Shown one piece after another: positions 25,153 through 34,325 of a stretch of 64,000 nucleotides of DNA. Under the pieces are notes generated by a model, which was not told where the DNA came from, ran no database searches, and was given only the letters and a program-made list of their open reading frames with translations. Positions within the stretch are counted from its first letter, which is position 1, and each line of letters opens with the position of its first letter. The DNA lies in NCBI GenBank assembly GCA_963771555.1, contig CAVYTM010000003.1:392465-456464 (forward strand), in the 5' to 3' direction. The position numbers were made by a program, and so were the translations under genes. Source of the DNA: an uncultured Thermoplasmata archaeon (GTDB lineage Archaea > Thermoplasmatota > Thermoplasmata > Lutacidiplasmatales > UBA184).

Positions 25153-25832
25153 GCCGCGCCGTACTTCCCTCCCCAGCGCCGAAGCCCGATGGAGAGGATC
25201 CACACCGCTTCCGCGGCTTCCACGCTGAGAAAGCTCACGCCGATCGAGAGCACGAACACCACCGGCGTCACGAGGCCCCAGTTCGCGAAGTAGCGGATCT
25301 CGGGCAGCTCGAGTTTCGGGTCCACGAGCCGATGGCCGCTCGACGCGTACCTCCAGAGGACGTTGAGGGTCAGTCCCGTCGCCGCCTGCATGACCGCGAA
25401 CAGGATCACCGCGACCTGCGTGCTCGAATAGCTCGTGTAGACCTGGAGCACGAACGGCATCACCGCGATCTCGAGGAGGACCGCCATGTTGAGCCACATG
25501 AGGACCGTGTCGTAGCGCTCGATGTAGCGGAACGTCCGGTGGTGGTAGGTCCACCAGACCGCGATCATCACGAACGCGAAGACGTACCCGAGGAACGACT
25601 GCCAGTCCGCTTGGAGCAGGTTCCCGAGGTGACGGGAGACCTGGTCGTTGCTCAGGCCGGTGGTGGTGAACGACGGAACGGTGAGCCCGAGCACGAGCAG
25701 CGTGAGCGCGAACGCGAAGACCCCGTCCGTGAGCGAGATGATGCGGCCGAGGTCCTCGCCGGGCACCTCGTGCCCCGGCCTCACCGCGGCGTGCTTTTCT
25801 CGACCCTCGCGGGAGAGGCGGTCCTCGAACAC
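25149..25832 (-). CDS. TMEM175/DUF1211 family potassium channel-like membrane protein
   Basis: 227-aa ORF with GTG start. Signature RIISLTDGVFAFALTLLVL near the N-terminus and six hydrophobic helices. Confidence 0.7.
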   Translation of the reverse strand: MFEDRLSREGREKHAAVRPGHEVPGEDLGRIISLTDGVFAFALTLLVLGLTVPSFTTTGLSNDQVSRHLGNLLQADWQSFLGYVFAFVMIAVWWTYHHRTFRYIERYDTVLMWLNMAVLLEIAVMPFVLQVYTSYSSTQVAVILFAVMQAATGLTLNVLWRYASSGHRLVDPKLELPEIRYFANWGLVTPVVFVLSIGVSFLSVEAAEAVWILSIGLRRWGGKYGAA

Positions 25833-25896
25833 GCGCTTCGGAGGAGAGGCGCGACTTTTGAATCGTGTGTCGGTACGAGCCGGGCCGGACCCGGCA

Positions 25897-26343
25897 TCAC
25901 TCCTCGGGCGGGACCTCGGCGTCGGCCTCGATCTCGACCCTCATCGCGGGGTCGATGAGCGCCGCCACCTGGACGAGGGTGTTCGCGGGCCGGATCTCGC
26001 CGAATCGTTCCCCGAGGGCGCGGCCGATCGCATCAAAGTCACCGATGTCGGTCACGAAGACCCGCAGCCGAACGATGTCCTCGCGCCGGCTCCCGAGCGC
26101 GGTCAGGGCCCGCTCGATGTTGTCGAGCGCCTGCACCGTTTGCGCGTAGGCGTCGCCCCGGCCGACGACCGACCCGTCCGGGGCGGTCGCGGTCGTACCC
26201 GACACGTAGATCCGCGAACCGACGCGGATCGCCCGGCTGTAGCCGACCTTCGGCTCCCACGGCGTTCCGCTCGCGTAGCGGGTCCGGTCCTCGCCGGCCC
26301 GCTTACGCGCGGACGGACGGTCGGACCTTCGCGAGCGCGGCAT
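25897..26343 (-). CDS. RidA/YjgF-family protein
   Basis: ATG 26343 inside ORF 25897..26529. GYSRAIRVGSRIYVSGTTA...GDAYAQTVQALDNIERAL...VRLRVFVTD...PANTLVQVAALIDPAMRVEIEADA. Overlaps the upstream gene by 41 nt. Confidence 0.75.
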   Translation of the reverse strand: MPRSRRSDRPSARKRAGEDRTRYASGTPWEPKVGYSRAIRVGSRIYVSGTTATAPDGSVVGRGDAYAQTVQALDNIERALTALGSRREDIVRLRVFVTDIGDFDAIGRALGERFGEIRPANTLVQVAALIDPAMRVEIEADAEVPPEE

Positions 26344-27187
26344 CGGTCGGCACCAGGTGACGGGAGAGTCCGAGTTCCTCGGGGGTCGCGCCGAGCGCGA
26401 GGCCCACCACCTGCGGCAGGTGGAAGACCGGCATATCGAGCGACGAGCGAACCTCCTTCTCGGCCCTGTTCTGATAGGCGTCGAGCGACAGGTGGCAGAG
26501 CGGGCAGGGCGTTGCCATCGCATCGGCACCGTGCGTCTTCGCGTCCAGGATCTGACGGCCCGCGATCGCGCTCGCGGTCGACGGCTTCACGAACTGGATC
26601 GGGAAGCCGCAGCACATCACTCGTCCGCGGTAGTCGACCGGGGTCGCGCCGACCGCGCTCAAGAGGTCCTCGAAGGAATGCGGCTCCTCGGCACTCTCGC
26701 TTCCCATCTCGTCGGCCGGTCGCAAGAGGTGGCAGCCGTAGAACGCGCCGACCTTCATGCCCTGAAGCGGACGTCGCACCTTCGCCCGGATCGCGGGAAG
26801 TCCGATGTCCTTGGTCAGGACCTCGAGGAGATGCTTCACCCGAACGGTACCCTTGTACTCGATCCCGAGCGGTTTCAAGGCCCCGTCGACCCGGGCCTTC
26901 ACCTTCGGGTCCTGCATGCGGACCTTCGCCAGCGTAAGCATCCCCTGGCAGGTCGAGCAGATCGTCAGCATGTCGAGGCCCGCGCGTTCGGCGATCGCGA
27001 GGTTGCGCGCGTTGATCGCGATGTTCAGGACCTCGTTCGCCTCGTCGACGAACCCCGACCCGCAGCAGGAGAAGTTCGGGAACTCCACGAGCTCGATGCC
27101 GAGGTTCCGGCAGACCCATCGGGTCGCCAGGTCGAGCTCCTTGCCCGACTCCTGGGCGACGCAACCGGGGTAGTAGGCGATCTTCAC
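26303..27187 (-). CDS. CCG-domain (HdrB-like) subunit of non-classical succinate dehydrogenase / thiol:fumarate reductase-type complex
   Basis: GTG 27187 overlaps the sdhB stop (GTGA). VKIAYYPGCVA.., and two cysteine-rich CCG motifs (FSCCGSGF and VMCCGFP, plus PCPLCH). Confidence 0.75.
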   Translation of the reverse strand: MKIAYYPGCVAQESGKELDLATRWVCRNLGIELVEFPNFSCCGSGFVDEANEVLNIAINARNLAIAERAGLDMLTICSTCQGMLTLAKVRMQDPKVKARVDGALKPLGIEYKGTVRVKHLLEVLTKDIGLPAIRAKVRRPLQGMKVGAFYGCHLLRPADEMGSESAEEPHSFEDLLSAVGATPVDYRGRVMCCGFPIQFVKPSTASAIAGRQILDAKTHGADAMATPCPLCHLSLDAYQNRAEKEVRSSLDMPVFHLPQVVGLALGATPEELGLSRHLVPTDAALAKVRPSVRA

Positions 27188-28158
27188 GGTTCCTCCTTCG
27201 GAGGCGGGTCGAGCGCCTCGTAGATCTTCGTGACCTCGTCCATTCCCTCGATGGTCCGCGGTCGCTTCATGATCTCGGGCTTCTTCCGCCAGACGCGGAT
27301 CCCTTGGCCCACTTGGCCGAGCATGCCCGCCAGGCCCGACGTCGCCCGCACGAGCTTCATCTCGTTCAGCTGGCCGGCGCCCTTGAGGTTCTCCTTGAAA
27401 CCGATCGCATGGCGCGAACCGAGCTCCGTGCCGCCCTGCACCGCGATCGCCATCTCCTTCAGGTCCCGGATCCGCTCGGACGGTCGGACGTCCTTCGGGC
27501 AGGCTTCGGTGCAGAGGTGGCAACGCAGACACAGCCACAACCCGTTCGGCTGGATCCGCAGGAGGCGGGCCTGGCTCGCGCTGTCGCGTGGGTCCACCAC
27601 GAACCGATAGAGTTTCGAGAGCGCCATCGGTCCGGGGAATCCCGGGTCGGCCTCGACCGCCGGGCACGCGGAGTAACACGCCGCACAGGCGATGCACCGC
27701 GGCGTCTCCTTGAACCGGTCGACCTGGGCCGGGCTCATCGTCGTCACCTTGCCTTCGGGCATCGGGCGGCGGGGGTCGAGCTTGAGATGCGGCTCGATAC
27801 GGTCGTACTCCGTCCAGAACGGGGTCTGGTCCACGACCAGGTCCCGGATCACCGGCTGGTTGCGCATCGGTTCCACCACGACGCGTCCGTGGCGCTCCAT
27901 CTCCGGGCCGATGTGCGTCTCGCAGGCGAGCCGACTCTTCGAATTGATCTGCATCGCGCACGACCCGCAGATAGCGCTGCGGCACGAGTAGCGGAGCGCG
28001 AGCGACGGGTCGACCTCGGCACGGATCTTGAGGAGCGCGGTCAGGACCGGCGTGTGCGGGGTCAGCTCGAGCGTGTATCGCTGGTAGCGGGGCGCCGAGT
28101 CCTGGCCCGGGCGGTACCGGTACACGTCGAAGGCGGCCGTGATCGTGTCGGTCTCCAT
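27184..28158 (-). CDS. sdhB: succinate dehydrogenase/fumarate reductase iron-sulfur subunit with C-terminal extension
   Basis: ATG 28158 shares one base with the sdhA stop. 2Fe-2S motif CRSAICGSCAM, CIACAACYSACP, and CLRCHLCTEACP (an extra Cys where classical enzymes bind 3Fe-4S). About 80 aa of extra C-terminus. Confidence 0.9.
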   Translation of the reverse strand: METDTITAAFDVYRYRPGQDSAPRYQRYTLELTPHTPVLTALLKIRAEVDPSLALRYSCRSAICGSCAMQINSKSRLACETHIGPEMERHGRVVVEPMRNQPVIRDLVVDQTPFWTEYDRIEPHLKLDPRRPMPEGKVTTMSPAQVDRFKETPRCIACAACYSACPAVEADPGFPGPMALSKLYRFVVDPRDSASQARLLRIQPNGLWLCLRCHLCTEACPKDVRPSERIRDLKEMAIAVQGGTELGSRHAIGFKENLKGAGQLNEMKLVRATSGLAGMLGQVGQGIRVWRKKPEIMKRPRTIEGMDEVTKIYEALDPPPKEEP

Positions 28159-29840
28159 CAGTACACCCTCTCCTTCGGTTCCCAGCGCGTGAACCCCACC
28201 GGCGTGTACGATAGGGTCGGACCGTCCGGAGTGCGGAGCGCGAGCGTATGCTTCATCCACTGAACATCGTCGCGTTTCGGATAGTCCGTGCGCGAGTGCG
28301 CGCCCCGGCTCTCCGTGCGGGTGTACGCCCCCACGACGATGACCTCGGCGAGGTCGATCAGGTGCTCGGTCTCGATCGCGTCCGTGAGGTTCAAGTTGAA
28401 CACCTTCGATTGGTCGACCACGCGAACGCGGGAGAATCGTTCCTTGACGGCCCGGACCCGTCGGAGCCCTTCCCTCAGGTCCGCCTCGTTCCGGTAGATC
28501 CCCACGTAGCGGTCCATCGTCGTCTGGAGCTCGGTGCGCAGGCTGCTCGGGTCTTCCCCCTCCGTGCGGCTCATCCAGGAACGGTAGGGCGCGGTGGCGG
28601 CGTCGAGGTCGCTCGGCGGCATCACGGTCGCCGCCGCCTTCTCGGAGTACGCCGCCGCCGCGAGTCCGGCCTGCTTGCCGAAGACCAGCGTCTCGAGCAG
28701 GGAGTTCCCTCCAAGACGGTTCGCGCCGTGGATGGAAACACAAGCCGCCTCACCGGCCGCGTAGAGACCGGGGACGTTCGACTCGCCCTTGATGTTCGTC
28801 CCGACGCCCCCCATGGTGTAGTGTTGGGCAGGGAAGATGGGGATCGGGTCGGTCACCGGGTCGATCCCGGCGAACAGCCGGCAGTAGTCGCAGATCTCCT
28901 GGAGCCGACTTTCGACCTTCTCTTTGCCGAGATGCATCAACTCGAGATGCACGTATCCACCGTACGGTCCCGGGAAGCCGCGTCCCGCGAGCACCTCGGT
29001 CACGATCGCCCGCGAGACCACGTCCCGGGAAGCGAGGTCGAGCACTTTCGGAGCGTACTTCGCCATGAACCGCTCCCCGGCGGCGTTCTTGAGGATCCCT
29101 CCCTCCCCGCGCGCTCCCTCGGTGATGAGGATGCCGGACTCGAGCAACGCGGTCGGGTGGAACTGGACGAACTCCATGTCCTTGAGGAACGCTCCGGCGT
29201 TGTAGGCGATCGCCATGCCATCGCCCGTGCAACTGTGGGCATTGGTGGTCCGGCCGTACACGCGACCGGCCGGGCCCGTGGCGATGATGACCGACTTCGC
29301 CGCGATCTGCTGGAAATCACCGGTCTTGCGGTCCAGGACGACGATCCCATGCACACGGCCGTCGCGCACGATGATCCGGACCAGATCCCACTCTTGGTAG
29401 AGCGTGAACCGTTCGGTGCCGAGCCGCTCCCAAAGCCCCTGGAGGAGCGCGAGACCCGTCCGGTCGGCCGCGTAGATCGTGCGGGGGAAACCAGCGCCTC
29501 CGAACGCCCGTTGTGCGAGGGTCCCGTCCGCGGACCGGCTGAAGATGGTGCCGAAATGCTCCATCTCGATGACGGTCGGCCCCGCTTCCCGACAGAAGAA
29601 CTCGATCGCGTCCTGGTCGCCGAGGTAGTCGGACCCCTTCACCGTGTCGTAGATGTGGGCATCGACCGAGTCCTCGGCGCCGACCGCCGCGTTGATGCCG
29701 CCCTGGGCCGCGCCCGAATGCGAGCGCAGAGGGTGCAGCTTCGTGACGATCGCGACGTCGCGCCCGGCCTCGACCGCCGCGAGGGCGGCGCGCTGTCCGG
29801 CGAGGCCGGCTCCCACGACCACGACCTCATGTCGCAACAT
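28158..29840 (-). CDS. sdhA: succinate dehydrogenase/fumarate reductase flavoprotein subunit
   Basis: 560-aa ORF. FAD fold VVVGAGLAGQRAAL and covalent-FAD histidine region RSHSGAAQGGINAA. Confidence 0.95.
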   Translation of the reverse strand: MLRHEVVVVGAGLAGQRAALAAVEAGRDVAIVTKLHPLRSHSGAAQGGINAAVGAEDSVDAHIYDTVKGSDYLGDQDAIEFFCREAGPTVIEMEHFGTIFSRSADGTLAQRAFGGAGFPRTIYAADRTGLALLQGLWERLGTERFTLYQEWDLVRIIVRDGRVHGIVVLDRKTGDFQQIAAKSVIIATGPAGRVYGRTTNAHSCTGDGMAIAYNAGAFLKDMEFVQFHPTALLESGILITEGARGEGGILKNAAGERFMAKYAPKVLDLASRDVVSRAIVTEVLAGRGFPGPYGGYVHLELMHLGKEKVESRLQEICDYCRLFAGIDPVTDPIPIFPAQHYTMGGVGTNIKGESNVPGLYAAGEAACVSIHGANRLGGNSLLETLVFGKQAGLAAAAYSEKAAATVMPPSDLDAATAPYRSWMSRTEGEDPSSLRTELQTTMDRYVGIYRNEADLREGLRRVRAVKERFSRVRVVDQSKVFNLNLTDAIETEHLIDLAEVIVVGAYTRTESRGAHSRTDYPKRDDVQWMKHTLALRTPDGPTLSYTPVGFTRWEPKERVY

Positions 29841-29867
29841 AGAAACGGTCGGCCCATCCGAACCGGG

Positions 29868-29875
29868 CTTTAATC
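29868..29875 (-). promoter_or_regulatory. TATA-like element (GATTAAAG on minus strand) upstream of sdhA
   Basis: Lies 28-35 nt upstream of ATG 29840. This suggests a leaderless or very short-leader transcript. Confidence 0.35.
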
Positions 29876-29971
29876 ACTGTCGACAAGCGAGCCGCTGCGT
29901 CGGGGAAGGAAGGTCGGCCACGAGGTTGTGCCGGGTGCCTCGGTGATGCCGGCGTAATCGCTGCGTGAGCC

Positions 29972-29979
29972 CTTATATA
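29972..29979 (+). promoter_or_regulatory. TATA box (CTTATATA) upstream of psmB
   Basis: Lies ~50 nt upstream of ATG 30029. GGAGGT Shine-Dalgarno at 30017-30022. Confidence 0.45.
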
Positions 29980-30028
29980 GCGACCCCGGGTCCGCTCTCG
30001 CACATTCCGGGCGACCGGAGGTACGACG

Positions 30029-30703
30029 ATGCAAACCGTGATCAGCTCGGTCGACGAGGAGCGCCTTCTGAAGGGCACGACGACCATCGGGATCGTCTGC
30101 AAGGACGGGGTCGTCCTCGCCACCGAACGCCGCGCCACCGCCGGGAGCTTCATCTCCAACAAGCAGACCCAGAAGCTGTTCAAGATCGACCAGAACATCG
30201 GGATCACGATCGCGGGCCTCGTGGGCGATGCCCAGGTGCTCGCCCGATACCTCAAGGCGGAGGTTTCCCTCTACCGGCTCCGCCGGAGCGCACCGCTCAC
30301 CGCGGAGGGCGCCGCGACGCTGCTCGCGAACATCCTCAGCGGAAACCGCTACTACCCCTACTACGCATGGCTCATCCTCGGGGGCGTCGACGGGAAGGGC
30401 AACCATGTGTTCTCGGTCGACCCAGCCGGCGGTTGCATCGAGGACCGGTACGTCTCGGTCGGGTCGGGATCGACCATCGCGTACGGTCTCCTCGAGGAGG
30501 GGTACTCGCGGGACATGTCGACCTCGGACGCGGTCGACCTCGCGCTCCGGGGCCTCACCGCGGCGATGAAGCGCGACAGCGCGAGCGGGGACGGCTACCT
30601 CGTCCACATCATCTCACCCAAAGAATACCGAGAATTGTCCGAGGACGAAATTAATAAACGTCTGAAGGCACTCAAGATACCGCTGCCCCCCGTTCTTCCG
30701 TAA
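30029..30703 (+). CDS. psmB: proteasome subunit beta
   Basis: 224-aa ORF. Propeptide followed by active-site GTTTIG, then typical beta-subunit core. Confidence 0.95.
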   Translation: MQTVISSVDEERLLKGTTTIGIVCKDGVVLATERRATAGSFISNKQTQKLFKIDQNIGITIAGLVGDAQVLARYLKAEVSLYRLRRSAPLTAEGAATLLANILSGNRYYPYYAWLILGGVDGKGNHVFSVDPAGGCIEDRYVSVGSGSTIAYGLLEEGYSRDMSTSDAVDLALRGLTAAMKRDSASGDGYLVHIISPKEYRELSEDEINKRLKALKIPLPPVLP

Positions 30704-30764
30704 GGATCGGACGGGCCCGGGCGGCCCTTGGAACCCCTTCTTCGCGAACCCTTTCTGTCAAGGA

Positions 30765-32669
30765 ATGAGTTTCGAATCGCTCGTCGAGCAAACCCGGGAA
30801 GCGCTGCACGAAGTGCTGCCGGAGACCATCGAGGTCACCGACATTGAGCTGGAAGGCCCGCACGTCGTGGTCTACACGAAGCAGCTCGACGCGTTCCTCT
30901 CCGGGGGCGACTACCTCCGCCAGGTCGCCCAACGGCTCCACCGGAGGGTGGTGGTTCGTTCGGACCCCGCCACGCTGATCGACCCCAAGGAGGCCGAGAA
31001 GGCGATTCGCGAGCTCATCCCGGTCGAGGCGGAGATCAGCCAGCTCTTCTTCGAGCCCGAAACGGGCGAGGTGACGATCGAGGCCGCGAGCCCGGGCGCC
31101 GCGATCGGTCGGGGCGGAGCGGTCCTCAACGACCTGAAGAAACGGATCGGATGGGTGCCGACCGTCGTCCGGACCCCGCCGATCCCCTCGAAGACCGTCG
31201 AGGAGGTCCGCATCCACCTTCGGAACTCGTTCGACGAACGACGGACGTTCCTCAAGAAGACGGGGATCCGCATCGCGCGCGACCCGCTCCCCGAGAAGCT
31301 CTGGGCCCGCAGCACGGCGCTCGGCGGCTACCGCGAGGTCGGGCGGAGCGCCCACCTGCTCACGACCCAGAACTCGAAGGTGCTCATCGATTGCGGGATC
31401 GACCCCGGCTCCGACCGGACGCCCTACTTCAACGCCCCCGAGCTCCTGCCGCTCGATTCGCTCGATGCCGTGGTCGTCACGCACGCCCACCTCGACCACT
31501 GCGGTCTCATCCCGGTACTCCTCAAGTACGGGTACAAAGGCCCGATCTACTGCACCGCGCCGACGCGCGACCTGATGACGCTCATGCTCCTCGACGCGAT
31601 CAAGGTCGTCAACCAGGAAGCGCGCAAGGGACTCTACGACTCGGGGAACGTCCGGGACCTGGTCACACGAACGATCCCGCTGCGCTGGGGCGAGACGACC
31701 GACATCGCCCCGGATATCCGACTCACGATGCACAACGCCGGCCACATCCTGGGCTCGTCGATCTGCCACTTCCATCTCGGCGAGGGCGACCACAACCTCG
31801 CCTACTCTGGGGACATCAAGTTCGAGCGGAGCTGGCTGTTCAACCCGGCGACGAATCGGTTCCCGCGCCTCGAGACCCTCGTCCTCGAGTCGACGTACGG
31901 CGGCTACCGCAATGTGCAGCCGAGCCGCCAGCAGGCGACCGAGGACTTCAGCTCGCTCACGAACAAGGTCCTGAACCGCGGCGGGAAGCTCATCGTCCCG
32001 GTCTTCGCGGTCGGACGCTCCCAGGAGGTTATGCTCGTCCTTGAGGAGAAGATGCGCGAGGGAAAGATCCCGCGCGTGCCCGTCTACCTCGACGGGATGA
32101 TCTTCGAGGCGACGGCGATCCACACGGCGTACCCCGAGTTCCTGAACAGCCAGCTCCGCACGCAGATCTTCCAGCAGGGCGACAACCCGTTCCTCTCCGA
32201 CATCTTCCACCGGATCGACTCCCAGCAGATGCGAGCGACCGTGCTCGACTCGAAGGAGCCCTCGATCATCCTCGCCACCTCCGGGATGATGAGCGGAGGG
32301 CCCGTGATGGAGTACTTCCGGGCCTGGGCCCCCGAAGAGAAGAACGGACTCCTGTTCGTGGGGTACCAGGCCGAGGGGACGTTCGGGAACCGGTTGCAGC
32401 GGGGCGTGAGCGAGGCGACGTTCCTGGACGGGCCCCGCCAGGCGTCGGTGCCGGTCAAGCTCGAGGTCGCCACGATCGAGGGATTCTCGGGCCATTCCGA
32501 CCGTGTCCAGCTGATGAACTACGTGGGGTCGCTCGACCCGAGGCCGCAACGCATCATCCTGAACCACGGGGAGGAGTCGCGCATCCTCGACCTCGCGTCG
32601 AGCCTGCACAAGCGCTACAACGTGGAATCGCGCGCGCCGTTCAACCTCGAAGCGATTCGCGTGCTGTGA
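30765..32669 (+). CDS. archaeal CPSF1-type KH-domain / beta-CASP metallo-beta-lactamase ribonuclease
   Basis: 634-aa ORF. N-terminal KH region (AIGRGGAVLNDLKKRIGW) and MBL motif THAHLDHCG. Adjacency to psmB is a known conserved archaeal pairing. Confidence 0.9.
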   Translation: MSFESLVEQTREALHEVLPETIEVTDIELEGPHVVVYTKQLDAFLSGGDYLRQVAQRLHRRVVVRSDPATLIDPKEAEKAIRELIPVEAEISQLFFEPETGEVTIEAASPGAAIGRGGAVLNDLKKRIGWVPTVVRTPPIPSKTVEEVRIHLRNSFDERRTFLKKTGIRIARDPLPEKLWARSTALGGYREVGRSAHLLTTQNSKVLIDCGIDPGSDRTPYFNAPELLPLDSLDAVVVTHAHLDHCGLIPVLLKYGYKGPIYCTAPTRDLMTLMLLDAIKVVNQEARKGLYDSGNVRDLVTRTIPLRWGETTDIAPDIRLTMHNAGHILGSSICHFHLGEGDHNLAYSGDIKFERSWLFNPATNRFPRLETLVLESTYGGYRNVQPSRQQATEDFSSLTNKVLNRGGKLIVPVFAVGRSQEVMLVLEEKMREGKIPRVPVYLDGMIFEATAIHTAYPEFLNSQLRTQIFQQGDNPFLSDIFHRIDSQQMRATVLDSKEPSIILATSGMMSGGPVMEYFRAWAPEEKNGLLFVGYQAEGTFGNRLQRGVSEATFLDGPRQASVPVKLEVATIEGFSGHSDRVQLMNYVGSLDPRPQRIILNHGEESRILDLASSLHKRYNVESRAPFNLEAIRVL

Positions 32670-32768
32670 CCGGCACTTCCCGCTCTCCGAGAGAGTCGGG
32701 GTCGCGGGACTAAACCCTTTATAGCCGGGCTAGGGTCTGATGACTGACCCCCCGTTGGAGGGCTTCGA

Positions 32769-34274
32769 ATGGGACGTCCATACCGTAGGTTTTTGGTCCT
32801 GGGCCTGGACGGGGGAACGTTCGACCTCCTCGACCCCCTCATGGCCGCCGGGGAGCTCCCGTTCCTGAGATCGCTCGTGCACCGCGGCGTCCGTGCGCCC
32901 CTGCGCTCGGTCTACCCCGCGAAGACGATCCCCGCCTGGTACTCGTTCGCCACCGGTAAGGACCCGGGGGAGCTGGGGATCTACGGGTTCACTGAGCCCG
33001 AGGGGGGACCCGGGCACTCGAAGCTCGTTCAGACGTTCCGACCGGCCGAGGCGTTCTGGGATACGCTCTCGCGCGTCGGCGTCAAGGTCGGGGTCCTCAA
33101 TTTCCCCTTCCGGTCGGCCTACCCGCTCCACGGTTTCGTGGTCCCAGGCATGTTCTCCGGCCCCACGGTAACCTATCCCGCTGGCATCCGGGACGAGATC
33201 CGCGAGACGATTGGCGCGGAGTATCCCCCCGAGCTCCCGGTCTTTCGGGACGCGGCCCGCTCGGCCTGGATCGCGGAGGCGACGAAGGGGGTCGAGCAGC
33301 GGGGCCAGGTGGCCGCGACCCTGGCGGAGCGCCACAAGCCCGGATTCCTCTTCGCCCTCTTCCGCGAGACCGACCGCATCGAGCACCAGCTCTGGAACGA
33401 GATGAGCCGGCCCCCCGCCGAGATGCCCGCGGACCTGCTGAACTTCTGGCGTACCGTCGACCGGTCCTGCGAACAGGTCGACCGGGCGTTCCGCGCCGTA
33501 GGGGACCCTTGCGTTACCCTCGTCATTTCCGACCACGGCCACGGACCGATCCAATCCGATTTCCTCACCAACCGCTGGCTCGCCGAGGAGAAGTTCCTCG
33601 TCTTCCGCGGTGGGGCGGACGCTTCCCGCCGCAAGATGGTCGGACGCTTGCTCCTCTACGCCCAGAGGCTCCCCGGCGCGAAGAAGGTCATGCGCCCGCT
33701 CGCCGAGTTCGTTCAGGAAGGCCACCGCCGCTCCAAGATCATCGAGCTCGTCGGGGGCGGGACCTCCTTCGAGCAGTTCTCGGACAGCATCGACTGGGAG
33801 CGGACCGTCGCGTTCTCCCACCCGGTCCCCGAGGGGATCTACTTGAACCCGAACAATCCGCACCTCACGCCCGAGCGCCGCGAATCGATCCGTGCCGAGA
33901 TCCGTCGACGTCTCGAAGCGTATCCGGACGCGCACATCGAGGTGCTCGACCCCGGCACGATCTACCGGGGCTCGAACCTCGCGCAGGCGCCCGCACTCCT
34001 CATCCGGGTCGACGAGATGTGCACCGAGCCGAGGATGGACTTTGGCTACCCGAACCCGCTCATCCGGAAGCGGCCGGACTACTTCTGCGGGACCGGCACT
34101 CACCGAATGAACGGGATCCTGATTGCGGCCGGGGACGGTATTCGACCCGGCTCCCTTGCCGGCACGTTCGACCTCGTTGACCTCGCCCCCACCATCCTCG
34201 AAGGGATGGGGTACGATGCCCCGACCGCAATGGCCGGACGTTCGTTCCACCAGCGGCTCGGCCTCTCGGGCTAG
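32769..34274 (+). CDS. alkaline-phosphatase superfamily protein (nucleotide pyrophosphatase/phosphodiesterase type)
   Basis: 501-aa ORF. LVLGLDGGTFDLL, VYPAKTIPAWYSFATG and ISDHGHGP metal-ligand motifs. Confidence 0.7.
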   Translation: MGRPYRRFLVLGLDGGTFDLLDPLMAAGELPFLRSLVHRGVRAPLRSVYPAKTIPAWYSFATGKDPGELGIYGFTEPEGGPGHSKLVQTFRPAEAFWDTLSRVGVKVGVLNFPFRSAYPLHGFVVPGMFSGPTVTYPAGIRDEIRETIGAEYPPELPVFRDAARSAWIAEATKGVEQRGQVAATLAERHKPGFLFALFRETDRIEHQLWNEMSRPPAEMPADLLNFWRTVDRSCEQVDRAFRAVGDPCVTLVISDHGHGPIQSDFLTNRWLAEEKFLVFRGGADASRRKMVGRLLLYAQRLPGAKKVMRPLAEFVQEGHRRSKIIELVGGGTSFEQFSDSIDWERTVAFSHPVPEGIYLNPNNPHLTPERRESIRAEIRRRLEAYPDAHIEVLDPGTIYRGSNLAQAPALLIRVDEMCTEPRMDFGYPNPLIRKRPDYFCGTGTHRMNGILIAAGDGIRPGSLAGTFDLVDLAPTILEGMGYDAPTAMAGRSFHQRLGLSG

Positions 34275-34325
34275 GGCGCGCTCTCCGCCAGAACCCTTTT
34301 CGGGGCGGGCTGGCTCCAACCCCGA

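Noticed and set aside
32735-32750. A C-box-like TGATGA immediately followed by CTGA upstream of the phosphodiesterase gene, as a possible C/D sRNA.
   Set aside because: The two boxes are adjacent, with no guide region. There is no second C'/D' pair or terminal stem.
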